From Moniliella sp. 'wahieum' (taxonomy: Eukaryota), in NCBI GenBank assembly GCA_003971905.1, contig RSEE01000151.1, positions 62,001 to 118,204 of the forward strand: a stretch of 56,204 bases of DNA. Direction: 5' to 3'. Positions within the stretch are counted from its first letter, which is position 1. Each line of letters opens with the position of its first letter. Both the position numbers and the translations under genes were made by a program. The notes under the pieces were generated by a model. The model saw nothing but the letters and a program-made list of their open reading frames with translations, did not search any database and was not told the origin of the DNA. Shown here piece by piece: positions 11,975 to 25,192 of this stretch.

Positions 11975-14900
11975 AGTGAGGACACACGGGAACTGGTGGG
12001 TGTGGGGGTGCTCGAGTGGTGGGAGGACAAGTTGTAGGCACACGCGGCCGTCGTCGAACCAAGTGGAATGCTGTTCGTCGAGGTAACAGCGGAGGTACTG
12101 TTCGAGGACCTGGTTGAGGCACTCGGTATGGGCGTCGGTCTGGAGGTGCAACGCGGGGCTGACGCTCGACTTGGTACTCAAGTCGGCACACAAGGCTTGC
12201 CAGAAGTGGCTCGTGAAGACCGGCCCCCGACCACTCACCAGATCTCGGGGAAGGTCATGGTAGCGAAAACAGGGTGTACAAACTGGGGTGCGACCTGTGG
12301 CGTGGTGTCCGTCGTGTAGGCGGGGGAATGAAGTGACCCATTTTGCCGAACCGATCCACCACACCATCAAAATCGCGTTCGTAACTGTTGGATCGGGGGA
12401 GCTGGGCAATGTGGTCCATCGACAAGTGGGACCACGGGCCTGGGGGAGGGAGGAGGAAGGGGCTGAAGGAGTCCGGCGGGATGGTAGCGAGGCGCTTTGG
12501 TCCGTTGATAGCGGTCGCACGAGCGCACGTAGCCCATACGTAGGCTGACAGGGGGGCCACCAATATTGAGCGCAAACACGGACCAGCGTCTTGTCACACC
12601 TTGGTGGCCCTCCAAGGCCAAGTCGTGGGCTTGATTGGGGATGGCAGCGCGGATCTGCGGGTCGCCGGGGATGTGGACCTGGATACAACGCCACAAAAGA
12701 CCTTCGCGGACCGTCAAGTCATCATGGCGGGGTGGATGTGGAGTCGTGGCAAACGGGACCAAGGAGGATCGCGGGGCACCAGTTGGGGAATGCGCTGTCG
12801 GATCTCGTCGGTAGACACGCGCCCCACCACCGGTGTACCTGGGTCCGCGGCCAAGAGATTGAGGGCGGCTGCAGAGCGCTCGGACACGGGATCCACTGGC
12901 AGTACCTGGGGTGCTGCGTTGGCGGGTCGGGACCCTTCAGCGAGATCGGGATGGCGCAACAGCCCATCCGCCGCACCATTCTTCGGTCCGGCACGGTACA
13001 CCATAGCAAGGCGGTAGGGGGACAGGGTCTGGGGCCATAGGCCCTGGCGGCGGTTCAACAGGCGCGGGGACGGAAGAAAGTAGCAATGACCTTATGGCCT
13101 GTAAGTACTTGGACAGTCTCAACACTTTCAACGTAGCGGTGCCACACATCCACGGCCACCACGATAGCCAGCACCTCCTTTCCGGACGGACGAAGTCCAG
13201 ATCCGCCACGGTGAACTTTTGCGAGCATGGCAGGCGACTAGCCGCCGACCACCGTTCACACATCCTGCTGGGCGAGCACCTCGCCAAACGCCACGTCCGA
13301 GACGACGGTCTCGAGGCGGAGGGGACGAGTGGGATCAAAATGTGGCAGAGGATGTGGGGCGAGGCAAAGAGGCGCTTGAGCTTCGCAAACGCCTCTTCGC
13401 AGGCTGATGCGGCCCAAGAACAAAATCGCTGGACCTTGCTGTGAGAGGTCGGACAGTGGAGCCGAGATATGGGCAAAAAACGGACAAAGTGACGGTAGTA
13501 GTTGGCCAAGCCGAGGAAACTGTACTTGAAAAGGCCTTCTGGGTGTTGGCCACGACCGAATCGAGTCGACCTTGAAGGGGTCCATCCCGACCCCGTGAGA
13601 CGAAACGGCGTAGCCCAGGTACTCGGGCGGGAGGTGTGGAACAGACACTTGTCGGGGTTGAAGTAGAACTAGGCCCGCTGGAGGCGCCGGAGGACCTCGG
13701 AACGTGGCACTCGTACTCCCTCTCGTTAGTCGAAAACATGAGGATGTAGTCAAGATATATATGCAAGGACCGAGACGTCGAGGGGGTTTTCGCGGAGGAT
13801 GTCTCGTTCATCATAATATATGCCTTGGAAGGCGGTAAGGGCGTTGCAGAGGCCAAACGGCGTCGTAACAAGGGATTCAAAGTGCCCGTCCCGAGTGCGG
13901 AAGTCAGTCTTACTCTCGTCGCCTTCTCCAACCCGCAACAAGTTATACGCGCCATGGAGGTTGAGCTTTGTGAAGATGCGGGCGCCGAGAGGATATCCAA
14001 CGAGTCGCTAATCAGAGGCAGGGCCAGCCGGGTTTTGACACCGTAACTGAGTTATGGAGCGCCCGATAGTCCACGCCAGGCGCAGCGAGCCGCCCTTTCT
14101 TTTTATAAAGGACGCCCGCGCGGAAGTGAGAGACTTGAACGGACGGATGAAACCTGAAGCTAGGTTCTCCTCGATCCATTGGGACAAAGCCTGCATTTCT
14201 ATCGTCCGTCGACAAAATTAAAGAGGAAGAGATGAAAGAAGATGGGGGGGGCGCTGGGGACAAGACCGATGGCTTGGTTTGCGGCACAATGGGCGGGAAG
14301 CGTCTTAGCCCCTGGCTTGGAAAAGGCGCTGCGGAAAGAGTGGTAGCGGGAGGGACCGTGTGGTGGTCGTGCTCGAGGTGCTCGGGTGTGTCAAACCGGG
14401 AACATCGGCTCGGGACCGTCAGCGACTGCGACGCACGAGAGAGACGGCCAACTCGGGCTCGGGCGGGAAATGGGACGTTTGCCATTGTCACAGTTGGGGC
14501 TAAGGCGAGGGAGACCAGGATCGGACTAGGCCAAGGGGTGTAGCAATCGTTCGTGAGGAAGAAGCAAGAACAGAGGACATGGTGCGAAGTGGAAGGAACA
14601 GGGAAGGAGCGAGACGCTCGAGACGAAGAAATTGGAAATGGGAGCGAGATCAGCCAAACTATGACAGCCATTGCCTCGGATTTCCTAACCATCCCGAGCT
14701 CAAAATGCTCCAGAGAGAGAAGGTCAATAGGCGGTCCAGACCGAGAAGGCAGGGACGGACGCGGGCCAGAGAGCGCAGAGGACAGGGGTAATGGGAAGAG
14801 GCTGCGTGCCGCGCAAGGGGGAGTGGGGCGAAGTGGGGAAGGAGGGGAAGAGTGGACGGGCTGGGAGGGAACCGTGGAGGAAAAAGGAATCGAGTTGACA

Positions 14901-16240
14901 GAGGAGGACGGGGTGGTGGTACATGGGGACGTGGACTTGGGCCGGGCCCGGGCTGATCCTGGTGCTGGTGCTAGTGCCGGTGCTGGTGCTGGGTCTGAGG
15001 CACGGTCATGAATAGCATATGGAGATATCACGACACTGCAACTTTATTATCAAAACGAAGAGTGTGCAAGGGGTAGTCGGCGCTGGGGTTGTGAGTTTCA
15101 AGGAAGGGGAGACCGAGGATGAGGGGGCGGTGGAGGGATGCGAGGGAAAACTCCTCAATCGACACATGCATGGGAGCCACCGCTTGGATCACCAGATCGT
15201 ATAGGAAATGGGACGCCCGTCCACCACCCTGACGACCAAATGCGCCGGCAGCGTGCGAGCAGCCACAGGCCATGCCGGCGGGCAAAGCCATGGTCCATGA
15301 AGATGCTGTTCAGAACAGAGTCGACCAAAAGGCGGTGACCGGCATCGGGACGAAGGGAGATGGAGACAAGGAACCAGGATATGCAGATGGACGAGTACCG
15401 TGAAAGACCGAGAGGAGGGGAACAGGGCCCCACGGCCGCCTCAGACAGAATCAGCCGGGCCGGGACCGGGGAGGCGGCGGGGAGACTTGAACATGTTGGG
15501 GCACTCGTCAATGAGGTGGTCACGGGAGCCGCAGTAGAAGCACGCGCATTGAACACTGCGTTCGGGGTGCGCCGGGCCGCCGCTTCGGCAGTGGTAGTGG
15601 CGGCGCTGAGGTCCATATGGGGTCGGTCTCGGGGGATGGCGGCCGAAACCAACTATGATTGCCGCCCGATTCCGAGGAAACTGCTGTACCGTGAGCGCCC
15701 AGCAAGTAGGATTGGTCCATGTCAATGGCCTCTGTGTGCAGTTCTGCGAAACTGATCCGTCCAAAGTGAGCCGGCTCGTGGTGGGAGGCGATTGCGTCAC
15801 GTACCCGCGGCTTCAAACCGTATATAGGAAGTTCCAGTAGCTTCCTCATCCGACACGTTGGAGTTCCAGCGACGCAGCAGGACCGTGAACGTATAGCGGG
15901 ATAGTCCACCGCAGATCCCGTCTGCCGGAGACGACGATACTCCTCAAACGCCTTCTGCTCCTGATTGCGCTCGCCCTACTGCTTCAGAAAGGCTGCACGA
16001 AACGCAGCCCATTATGACTGAAGGCGGGCGAAGTGCGCGCCTGCAGAGGAATAACCACATCCGAACCGAACCGCTCCACCCAACTCGGTCGTTGGCTCGG
16101 TAGGCAATGGAGATGGTATTATTGAAGAGCGATATACTATATACTATAGTATGAGTATAGACCTGAGTAGGCTGTGATAGCAATCAGACAGAACCGACTA
16201 TCTTCAGACACGGTCGAAGCTATAATCCCGAATCCCCGGC
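11975..16240 (-). mobile_element. Decayed Ty3/gypsy LTR retrotransposon (gag-PR-RT-RH-IN order), 3'-truncated
   Basis: Gag zinc knuckle CFYCGSRDHLIDECP (~15540); protease LLVDSVLNSIFMD (~15320); [47 protein letters not shown] and YLDYILMFS; RNase H LPHFDPTRPLRLET; integrase AHDLALEGHQG...YVRSCDRYQRTK...GLLQPLP, PWSHLSMD, NQVLEQYLRCY. Many frameshifts, stops and active-site substitutions. Possible LTR end ...GCTATCACA at 16173. Confidence 0.92.
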
Positions 16241-17812
16241 AGCTTTGACTGCGCACCAACCGCTGAAGGCACGGCCGTCGGTGTTACCTTGCCTGCCTAC
16301 CGGGCCCACCCGACACCAGCGCCACGAAGGCAAATCCCTCAGAAACTACAGCCCAAGCTCGGCGCCGCTCTGCTGGCGACGACAAGGGAGTGGAGGGCGA
16401 GAGCTGGCGGTGGGTGGCGGCGCCAGCGCGCCAGCGCAGGCACCGCCGCGAGCGCCTAGCGTTGCGGGACATTGAAGCGTATGCAACTGAGTGGCGGTAT
16501 AGGGCAAGTGTCCGGATATGACAAGAGCCACGGCGTCTCCGAAGGGCGGGTACTGGACGGTCGGCGATCCTGACGGCGCGTTGTGGCTGGCTGCGGCCAC
16601 TGAGTGTGAATGTAGCGCGTCCAGCTGGAACGGGTTCCCATTCCTGAAAAGCGTCCACGTGAGGGCACCGGCAGAGGGCCGGATGCACAGTGCGCGTCAT
16701 TGCGCTGTTGAGTGACCTTAGCGTCTGTGCCGAAAGTGCAAAGCCCCAAACAGGTGAGGGCTACATGCTGACGTGCGGGGTTCGCAGAACCAATCGAATC
16801 CCAAAGGGGCTCGATGTCGAGAGAGGCGTTTTGTCGGTGGAGCGTACCGATTGGATGGATGCGTCCCGCCATGCGCTGGTGTATGGGGATGCGGGGCAAT
16901 TCAGGCGGGCAGACGACATTGACAGTGTCGCTTGCACAGAAATTGGTGGGATCAAGCCTAAGAAAGGGGGCAGGTGATGGGTCGATTCCATCAGAGCCCG
17001 CTAGGGGGTAGAACAATAGGGGGTTAGGCCTTAGCCGGTTAGGCCTTAGGATAGACTAGCACCGGAGACGATCACGTGACACATCACGGACACATCACGG
17101 GATCGGTCCGATGCATGTGCGGGAGGGTAGTGTGAGGGTCCCCTGCACGGCTCTTAAGTTGATTGGTGGCATTTTACACGAGCGGAACACTTTCGACCGG
17201 TTAAGCGAGAGCGTCACCGATCCACTGAGGGGTACCGGGGAAGCCTATAGCACTACCCCCCCAACAGAAGCAAGCGGCGGCTGCGAAGGCACTAAGAATG
17301 TCATCCGATAGCACTTCCTCGTTTTACATGTGACGCTCGCCGGAGGAGTTGCGCTGGCAGGCTGCGATGCCCCCTGCTCGCTCCATCTCCCTCCTCTCGC
17401 TTCGGCCTGCTTCCCTACAGACACTGCTTGAAGACGTGTGGCTCGCACTCAACCCGCCAGGGGTCACCGTCACCCATCCCATGGGTCATGTGCCACACGA
17501 CAGACAAACGCGTGAGCTTTTGAACCCACTTTCGCCGAACTGATAGGTTCGTGAATATCGATGGAGCGATGATCGATGATAGATGACTTCCTTACGCTCG
17601 GATTTGGCCCTTACGTACTCGCTGCCCCCATACTGCCCATCTGCGGGCCGGCGCACGAAATTTTTTGAAGCCAAACGAATCCACACGAGTATACTCGACT
17701 GAGTGTACTGAGTCTCAGTCCTCACTGTGTACGAGTGCTGGCCGCTGCGTTTTATTTGGGACAGAGCAAGCGGCCCGAGCGCTGGGCTTGTTTCCTCCAC
17801 CCAACCACCACC

Positions 17813-19687
17813 ATGGTCTCTGCATCCAAGGCCAAGCGCCAAGCTGAGAAGGCAGCCAAGAACCCCAAAGACGCCAGCTCGTCCAAGACGTCCAAGTCCA
17901 AGTCTTCGAAGGCCTCCAAGAGCACCGATGCCACCTCTGCTGATGGCGCGGACGGTGCGGCCGACCAGATGAAGAAGTTGGAGCTTGCGACGGATCGCAA
18001 CGCGTCTGGTGTTCTTACATCTGACGTGCAGTCCCGCGACGTTCATATTGACAACTTCACCATGTCTTTCCATGGCCGCCTCCTGCTCGATGGCACTTCC
18101 ATCACACTTAACTATGGCCAGCGGTACGGTCTGTTGGGAGAGAATGGTTCGGGAAAGACAACGCTGCTTGAGGCAATCAATGGGCGTGACGTCGAGATCC
18201 CAGAGCACATTGACATTCACCTTGTCCAGGGTGAGGTGGAGCCATCGGAGATGAACGCGCTCGAGTACTGCATTGCTTCCGCCAAGGAGAAGGTGGAGAA
18301 GTTGGAGAAGCGGATTGAAATGTGTCGGCGTCGGACGATGTGGACGAATTGCTGATTGAATCGATGTACGAGGAGCTGGATGCGCTCGACCCTTCCACCT
18401 TTGAGGCGAAAGCTTCTTCCATCCTCCACGGCCTGGGGTTTACGGTCCAGTCAATGAAGAAGCCTACGAAGGACTTGTCTGGTGGCTGGCGTATGCGCGT
18501 CTCGCTCGCCCGTGCCCTGTTCATCAAGCCCCATATGCTTCTCCTGGACGAGCCGACCAACCACTTGGATTTGGGAAGTGTTGTGTGGCTGGAGGCCTAC
18601 CTGGCCAAGTACCCCAACATTCTCGTCCTCACGTCTCACTCCGCTGACTTTATGGACGAGGTGTGCACCAACATTATCGACCTGACGATGGACAAACAGC
18701 TGGTTTACTATGGTGGTAATTATTCCACCTATGTCCGGGTTAAAAAGGAGAACGAGGTGAACCAGATGAAGGCGTACTACAAGCAGCAAGAGGAGATTGC
18801 AAAGATCAAGCGGTTCATTGCCTCGGCGGGTACGTATGCCAACCTGGTCAAGCAGGCCCAGTCCAAGCAAAAGATTATCGATAAGATGGAGGCTGCAGGC
18901 TTGGTTCAGCCAGTACGCGAGCCTAAAAAGTTGCGGTTCAACTTTGAGGATGTGGCACGCTTACCGCCACCCAACATCGCTTTCTCCGACGTGGCCTTCT
19001 CCTACTCGGGCAAGAAGGAAGACTACTTGTACAAGGGTCTCGAGCTCGCAGTCGACATGGATTCGCGCGTTGCTATTGTTGGGGCCAACGGGACGGTAAG
19101 TCAACCTTGCTCAATCTCATGACCGGTGCACTGTCTCCCGTCGAGGGAACCGTCAACCGCCACCCACCATCGATCAAGTTGGCCAAGTACTCGCAACATT
19201 CGGCTGACCAGTTGCCGTACGACAAGAGCCCACTTGATTATATGGAATCCAAGTATTCACAAAAGTTTCCCAACAAGGATGTCCAGTTTTGGCGCGGCCA
19301 GATTGGCCGGTTTGGCCTGACAGGTTCCCACCAAACGTCGGAGATTCGCACGCTGTCGGATGGGTTGCGGAATCGGGTGGTGTTCTCCCAGTTGGCCATG
19401 GAATCGCCCCACATTATTCTCCTGGACGAGCCAACGAACCATTTGGACATGACCTCGATCGATGCCCTTGCCCAGGCCATCAATGAATTCTCGGGCGGCG
19501 TGGTGATTGTCTCGCACGATTTCCGCCTGCTCAAGGCAGTGGCCAAGGACATTTGGGAAGTTCGCGATGGCGGATTGTCAACCTGACCAAGGAGGAAAAC
19601 TTGGACATTGAAGGGTACAAGAAGCGCCTCCACGCCGAAACGGCCGAGCAGATCAAAAAGGCCGAGCTGCTCACCAAGCGCTCGTAA
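17813..19687 (+). CDS. ARB1: ABCF-family ATP-binding cassette protein (Arb1/ABCF2 orthologue), no TM domains
   Basis: MVSASKAKRQAEKAAK N-terminus; RYGLLGENGSGKTTLL (Walker A); LSGGWRMRVSLARALFIKPHMLLLDEPTNHLD; linker FIASAGTYANLVKQAQSKQKIIDKMEAAGL; second NBD TLSDGLRNRVVF...LLDEPTNHLD. Ends TAA 19685-19687. Apparent indels near 18320, 19100 and 19575. Confidence 0.92.
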
Positions 19688-21997
19688 AAATGCCTACCCC
19701 CCTCCTCCCCGGGACATCGCACTCCCACTGTAGCATTCCAACCCCGACATCTACCTAGTGCTGCGGCACATCAATACCATCCACGTTCTCTCTGCTTCCC
19801 TCATCCCCTCGACTCCTTCCTCTCATTCATCTTTCAATGCGATCGCCATCCGTAATCCCATCATCATGGCAGGTAATGCTGTGCCCTATACTAAGCAATT
19901 ACGGCAGTGACCGTGTTTTACCGTCATGAGGTTTCAGAGTACGTTCGGTCCTGAGTGTACTGAGCACTGAGCAGCCGGTTTCATAATCGGTAACCATTGC
20001 AGTAGACAAAGCGGACTCGGACAACCTCGATGGTGTGACATGTGAACATGCGCTTAGCTACACCTCGTACCGCCTGCGGCTCGCTCAGCTTCCGGGTAAC
20101 GTGCCGGCCGTAATCTGCTTCGATCTCTTGGAAGAAGAACACCTCCCAGCCTCACCAGCGAGCGAATGGGAGAAACACACTGAGGCGGGGCGCCTGCCGG
20201 TCACACCGGACCCCGGGTTGCCCGGGTCCCGTTGTCTTAGTATAATTTTGTGCAACTGACTGCCTCTGCCGTCATTGTGCGCTTTGGACGTGCGACCAGC
20301 AGACAGGCATACGTGCTGCGTCACATCCACCGCCACTGCCCTTTCGGAGAGGCCACAGGGTATATAAAGCCGGTATGATCTCCTGACGCAGGCAGAATCC
20401 ACATCCTCGCCCCCCCCCACGCACGCCTCTCCTCCCAAGAATCCCTCCTGCGAACGCGTTGTATTTTGGAGGGAGATCAATATGGCATTTGCAGCTGCCA
20501 TCTCGAGCAAGGCAAGCTGATCACGTGCAGTGCTCACTCAGTACTCACACGCAGTGTAGGACTACCTGGTGGGTCACGTGACCCCTCACCAGCTGCGGCT
20601 GAGCTGATGCACCGACGGCGCCTACGAAAGCTGGGAACCCGGAAACGTGAAACCTACGACAACCCTACGCGCGCCTCTCGGGCTCAATTGGCTAGGGTTG
20701 GCTTACGGGCCGGGTGCTCTGGAGCACCTGAGGCCCTGAGCCCTGAGGGCCTGGGCGAACGGAAAGCGATCCGGATGGCCGCCGGGTGCACTGATATGTA
20801 GATACGGGCTCGATCCGGCTCTATCGCCCAGCGGAGCAACCGCGGCAGCCCTGGGCGGACATAACATTTGCGGCGGCCACCTCGGCCACTGGCTCCAAGG
20901 CGGGGAAGAAGCGCGCCAACGCCCACAGCACGTTGCTGGAAAGCTGTCCTGACTGTGATGTTTCTTCCAGTGGGCTGGTGCTAGGCAAAGGGCGAGTGCC
21001 CGCACAGGAAAGGACCTGCGCCAGGGGCAGGGCGTCTGTGTTCGGGACAAGCCGCTCTGGTTGCAAGACAGGGAAAGACGCAGTGCCCGTTTGCGAGGGG
21101 GCGATCAAGCCCACGACGGCGTCAGCCCAGCGGCCTGCTCCCATCGCCTTATCAGTAGCAGACTGACTTGTGATGGGGGTGAGCGCTGACCCACATCGCT
21201 GGTGCGAGGGTGGGCGTCTACGCGGGGGGCACCTGCCCTGCGCCCCCAGGCGCAGCGAACCATTGTCCCGCGCAGTGTGACAAGCGGCGGGCGAGATGCT
21301 CCGATGGGTTTGGCCTGTTTGGGCGGTGCCTGAGCTTGGGGGAAGCACAGGGGAAGGGATGGAGTCACGCGTGACGCCAGAATTACCCGCTCTCTGGTTC
21401 TTCGAGCTCGCCCCTCGCCTGTTGGCATGTCTGGCACTGAAAATTGATCATCCACCGCACCAGCCCACAGGAGACGGTACGTCAAAATGGGTTTTGGGCG
21501 CCCCTCGCCAGCCGCCACAAGAGGGCTGTGGTGCTTGATCGGTTCGATGATTAATGATTGCAGAATGCGGCGCAGGGCTGGCGCTGGCCGGTGACGCGGT
21601 GACTGGGGATGCAGGAGATGCGATGAGATCGATGAGCAGCTCTATGAAGAGCACAGGCCCGGTGAAACAGACCAAGTCCAGGCCTGCCTTGGAGCGCGTC
21701 TGCACTTATCGCAGTTTGACTTGTGGGCTGCCCGGACATGGTCACCACCGCCGCCATTCCCTTGACCGTCCCCAAGCCCGCCGTCCATCTCGCCACCACT
21801 TGGCTGGATAGCCCTACGGCCTACACGCCAGGCACCGCTCTGACAACAGCTTCAGCCCACTTATCGTCCCTGGCGGCGTGTTCCTTTTCACCCCCCGCAC
21901 CTATATCTAACCCCCGGCAACACACATCTCCTCTTCTTTTTCGTCCTCCACCGCCACCCTTTTCTTCGCCCTCCCTCCCTCCCCCTCCACCGCCATC

Positions 21998-24062
21998 ATG
22001 GGCAAGGCCACCAAGGTCCTGAAGAAGCTCGAGGTCCGGGGCGCTCCACCACCCGAGACGAGCTATGCCGAGGCCTTCCTCACCAACGAGGACTTGGCTC
22101 CTGTCCCACCCGACCTTCGTACTTGGAACACATTCGACTTTTGTGCCTTTTGGATTGCTGACGGTGCCAACCTCAATACCTTTACCATTGCTGCCACCTC
22201 GGTCACGGACGGCCTGACTTGGTGGCAGGGCTGGCTTAGCGTCATTGTGGGCTACTCGATCATCGCGGGCGTCATTGTCCTCCAAAGTCGGCCATCGGCA
22301 ATGTACCACATTGGGTTCCCTGTGGTGACTCGGTGCGTATCCTCCCTCTTCCTTGGAGCTTAAATGGGGTGCAAGGCGCTGCATGACGCACATGCCTGGC
22401 GAGGAAGGGGAGCCCGATTGAGCCATCGAACGATCGAGCGGTCGAGCAATCGTTGGACCGTATTTACTGACTAAATGCCTCCTTTTTTGTGTATTTCCCC
22501 ACAGTGCATCGTTCGGTGTCTTTGGATCGGTCTGGCCTGTTTTACAGCGTGCTGTCATGGCTTGTGTGTGGCAAGGCGTTCAGTCCGTACTTGGTGGCCA
22601 ATGTGTTACTCTTGCGTTGCGGAGCATCTGGCCCTCCTACATCACGCGTCCCAGTCTAGCCAAGGAGTTTATGAATGGCTCGATCACCGGCTACGGTGTC
22701 TTGTCGTTTGCCATCTTTAACCTGTTCACCTTTGGCTTCCTGCTTCCCAAGCCCCAAAATATCCGTTGGCTCTTTCGCGTCAAGGCGTTCGTTACTCCGA
22801 TCGCCATGTTTGGACTTATGATCTGGGTCTTGGCTGATGCCCATGGAGGCGGAAAGGCACTGCGTGAGCCTGGCACGGTGCATGGGAGCAAGCTCGGCTG
22901 GCTCTGGATTACGGGGTGCATGAACTGCGTTTCCAACATGGCTACGCTCTCGGTATGTTCACAGCCCTATGCTCCTACAATTCTACTTGGCGCCTCAACT
23001 CGCCAACTCGAGCGGTAACTGACGTGTCTTTTGTTCCAGGTCAACATGGCTGACTTTGCTCGTATGGCCACGTCAGTGAAAGCCACCAAGTGGTCCCAGC
23101 TTCTGTCCATGCCCATCACCTTTGCTGTTACCAGTCTGATCGGTGTGATCATTTCCTCGGCGTCTGCAGAGATCTATGGCCACAAGTTCTGGAACCCGCT
23201 GGACGTGATGGGCGCCAAGCTGGACCAAGACCCGCACAAGTCCACTGCCCGCACCGGCGTATTTTTCTTTGCCTCCTTTTTTGTTCTGATCCAGTGCGGC
23301 ACCAACATTGCTGCTAACAGTCTGTCGGCCGGTAGTGACTTTACCGCCCTCTTGTCCCGTTACGTCAACATTCGCCGCGGTTCCATCATTTGCTGGGTTG
23401 TGGGCTTTGTCTACTGCCCCTGGGTCATCATGAGCAGTTCGAGTCATTTCCAGACCGCTCTCAGTGCGTTTGCAGTCTTTTTGGCGTCAATTGCCGGGGT
23501 GATGGTGGCACACTACTACCTTGTGGACCGCGGTTACATCAATGTTGCTGCGCTGTACAAGGTGCACATGGCTGATGGCACCCGTTCGCCCTACATGTAC
23601 GGGCCGGTGGGTATCCACTGGCGCGCCTACCTTGCCTACCTGATTGGCCTGGGCGTCAACATGGCTGGCTTTGTCCAGGTCGTCGGGAGCTTTGGTCCGA
23701 AGCCGTTGATCAACTCGACCGGCTTGACCAACTTCTACTCGATGGCGTACATTTGGGGCTTCTTGATCTCGGGCTTGGTGTATGTGGGTGTGAACATCTT
23801 TTGGCCCTCGCAGTACTGTGTTCCACTCAAGGAGCGCAAGGTGTGGCGCGAGCCCGCGTCGGGCTCGTGGGAGATGGAAGATTGGTCGGTTCCCATCTGG
23901 AATGCCGATGCCACGGTTGGGAATGGGTGGGTGGACGAGGGGCGCTTGGCTGTGGAAGGAGACATCGAGTCCGTCGGCCCAACCGAGTCGAAAGACAAGG
24001 ATTTGCTCGACAAGGAAGACGCTTACCTCGCCAAGCCTACCGTGTCCGAAGCACTCTACTAA
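21998..24062 (+). CDS. NCS1 family nucleobase:cation symporter (Fur4/Dal4-like uracil/allantoin permease); exons 21998-22332, 22505-22952, 23040-24062
   Basis: NEDLAPVPPDLRTWNTFDFCAFWIAD, YHIGFPVVTRASFG across intron 22333-22504, VNMADFAR after intron 22953-23039, GTNIAANSLSAGSDFTALLSRYVNIRRG. Both introns are canonical GT-AG; the spliced frame is open. Confidence 0.93.
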
Positions 24063-24389
24063 ATCGCGTCGAAACACTGTTTTCCTCCGCGTGTGCGCGA
24101 CAAACCAAGCCATGCGATGCCGGCATCCTGTTTCTTTATACGCCCTCTTCCTTATACGCCCCCGCCCCTTGGTCATCCTACTGTCTGCGCTTTAATTCTT
24201 AGTGTGGCTCCTCCACACTACCTCCATCTTGAAACACTCTTGTTGAAAGGACCCCCCTTTATCACTTTTGTATGATACACTTGCCATTGATATTGATGAT
24301 CCACTTGCCCCATCCAGCCCCGAAACATATGTTTATTAGATTGGCCTACTCAGTCCTCAGTACTCAGTCTCCTCAGTACACTCGGGTTT

Positions 24390-24935
24390 GGGAAACCACT
24401 GGAGGGCAACCAGTTATTGGTAGTGAGGTGCACTTTGTATACGTGTCTGAAGGCTTATACAAACTTAACTACTCTTGTGGGGCTAATAGTGACTATCCTC
24501 ATGCCCTCCAGGAGAAAGAATGCGCATGTGATCCTACTAGTACGGGAAGCAAAATGCACGAGAGGGAAACCGCCTTCAGTTGGTCTCATTATTCCAGCGA
24601 CACTTCATACCAAGAGCTCTCGGCGGCTTGGGGAATGAGCTGAGTGAACCTGGTGCTGGGAGTCATTGAACCAAATGACTGTGCGAGGATCTCGTAGAGC
24701 AGCGAGAGAAAATTATCGGATCGTTGACCTTGGAATGAGCCTACAATAAAAGCTACCGCTTTCAAGAAGTCCTCGCCACTGCAAAGCTCATTTTGCTCAG
24801 TAGCTGCCCCGCTCATTCTCTCCCCATTCCTGGACAAACTGCAGATGCTCTCACACGCGCTCTGTGGGCACCATACGAGCCACCTAGCACGCACAATTCC
24901 AGCGAGATATGATCATCATAGTACATGGGGATTCG
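24390..24935 (+). mobile_element. Possible very degenerate Ty1/copia RNase H relic
   Basis: AT-richer island between two convergent genes. Translated fragments ETAFSWS and YRFQEVLATAKLILL...IPGQTADALTRAL loosely resemble copia 'AISWSS' and 'Q.AD.LTK.L' motifs. Stops present; weak. Confidence 0.25.
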
Positions 24936-25192
24936 GCTGAGGTGTGAGCTGTGAGCGGTGAGCGGGTGAGCGGTGAAACAGTGTACAAGACATATAAGAG
25001 TAGTGATGGGATCGACGAAAATGCAGCCGCGTCGGGGGGCTAGGTTGATCGACAACCTGATCGACCAGGCCCCTGATCAGGGTTTGCCAAAAAGCCGGAA
25101 ACAAAACAACGCCCTGGAGGAACAGTGCCATGGACATTGGCATTGACATTGACATGGATCGAACACCCGGTGGCGCAGCCACGCGGGTCTGC

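Noticed and set aside
16284..17016. 5' LTR or extra ORF upstream of the gypsy gag
   Set aside because: No matching 3' LTR or inverted terminus found in the window, and the ORFs show no recognisable motifs.
17024..17050. Telomeric repeat (TTAGGC-like)
   Set aside because: Better explained as a TTA-GGCC member of the TNA-palindrome heptamer pattern; only about four units.
22333..22504. TPP riboswitch or snoRNA in the unusually long first intron of the NCS1 gene
   Set aside because: Lacks the CTGAGA and GATCTGGATAATACCAGCG-type TPP core and a clear C box; only a short AACGAT/ATCGTT stem is present.
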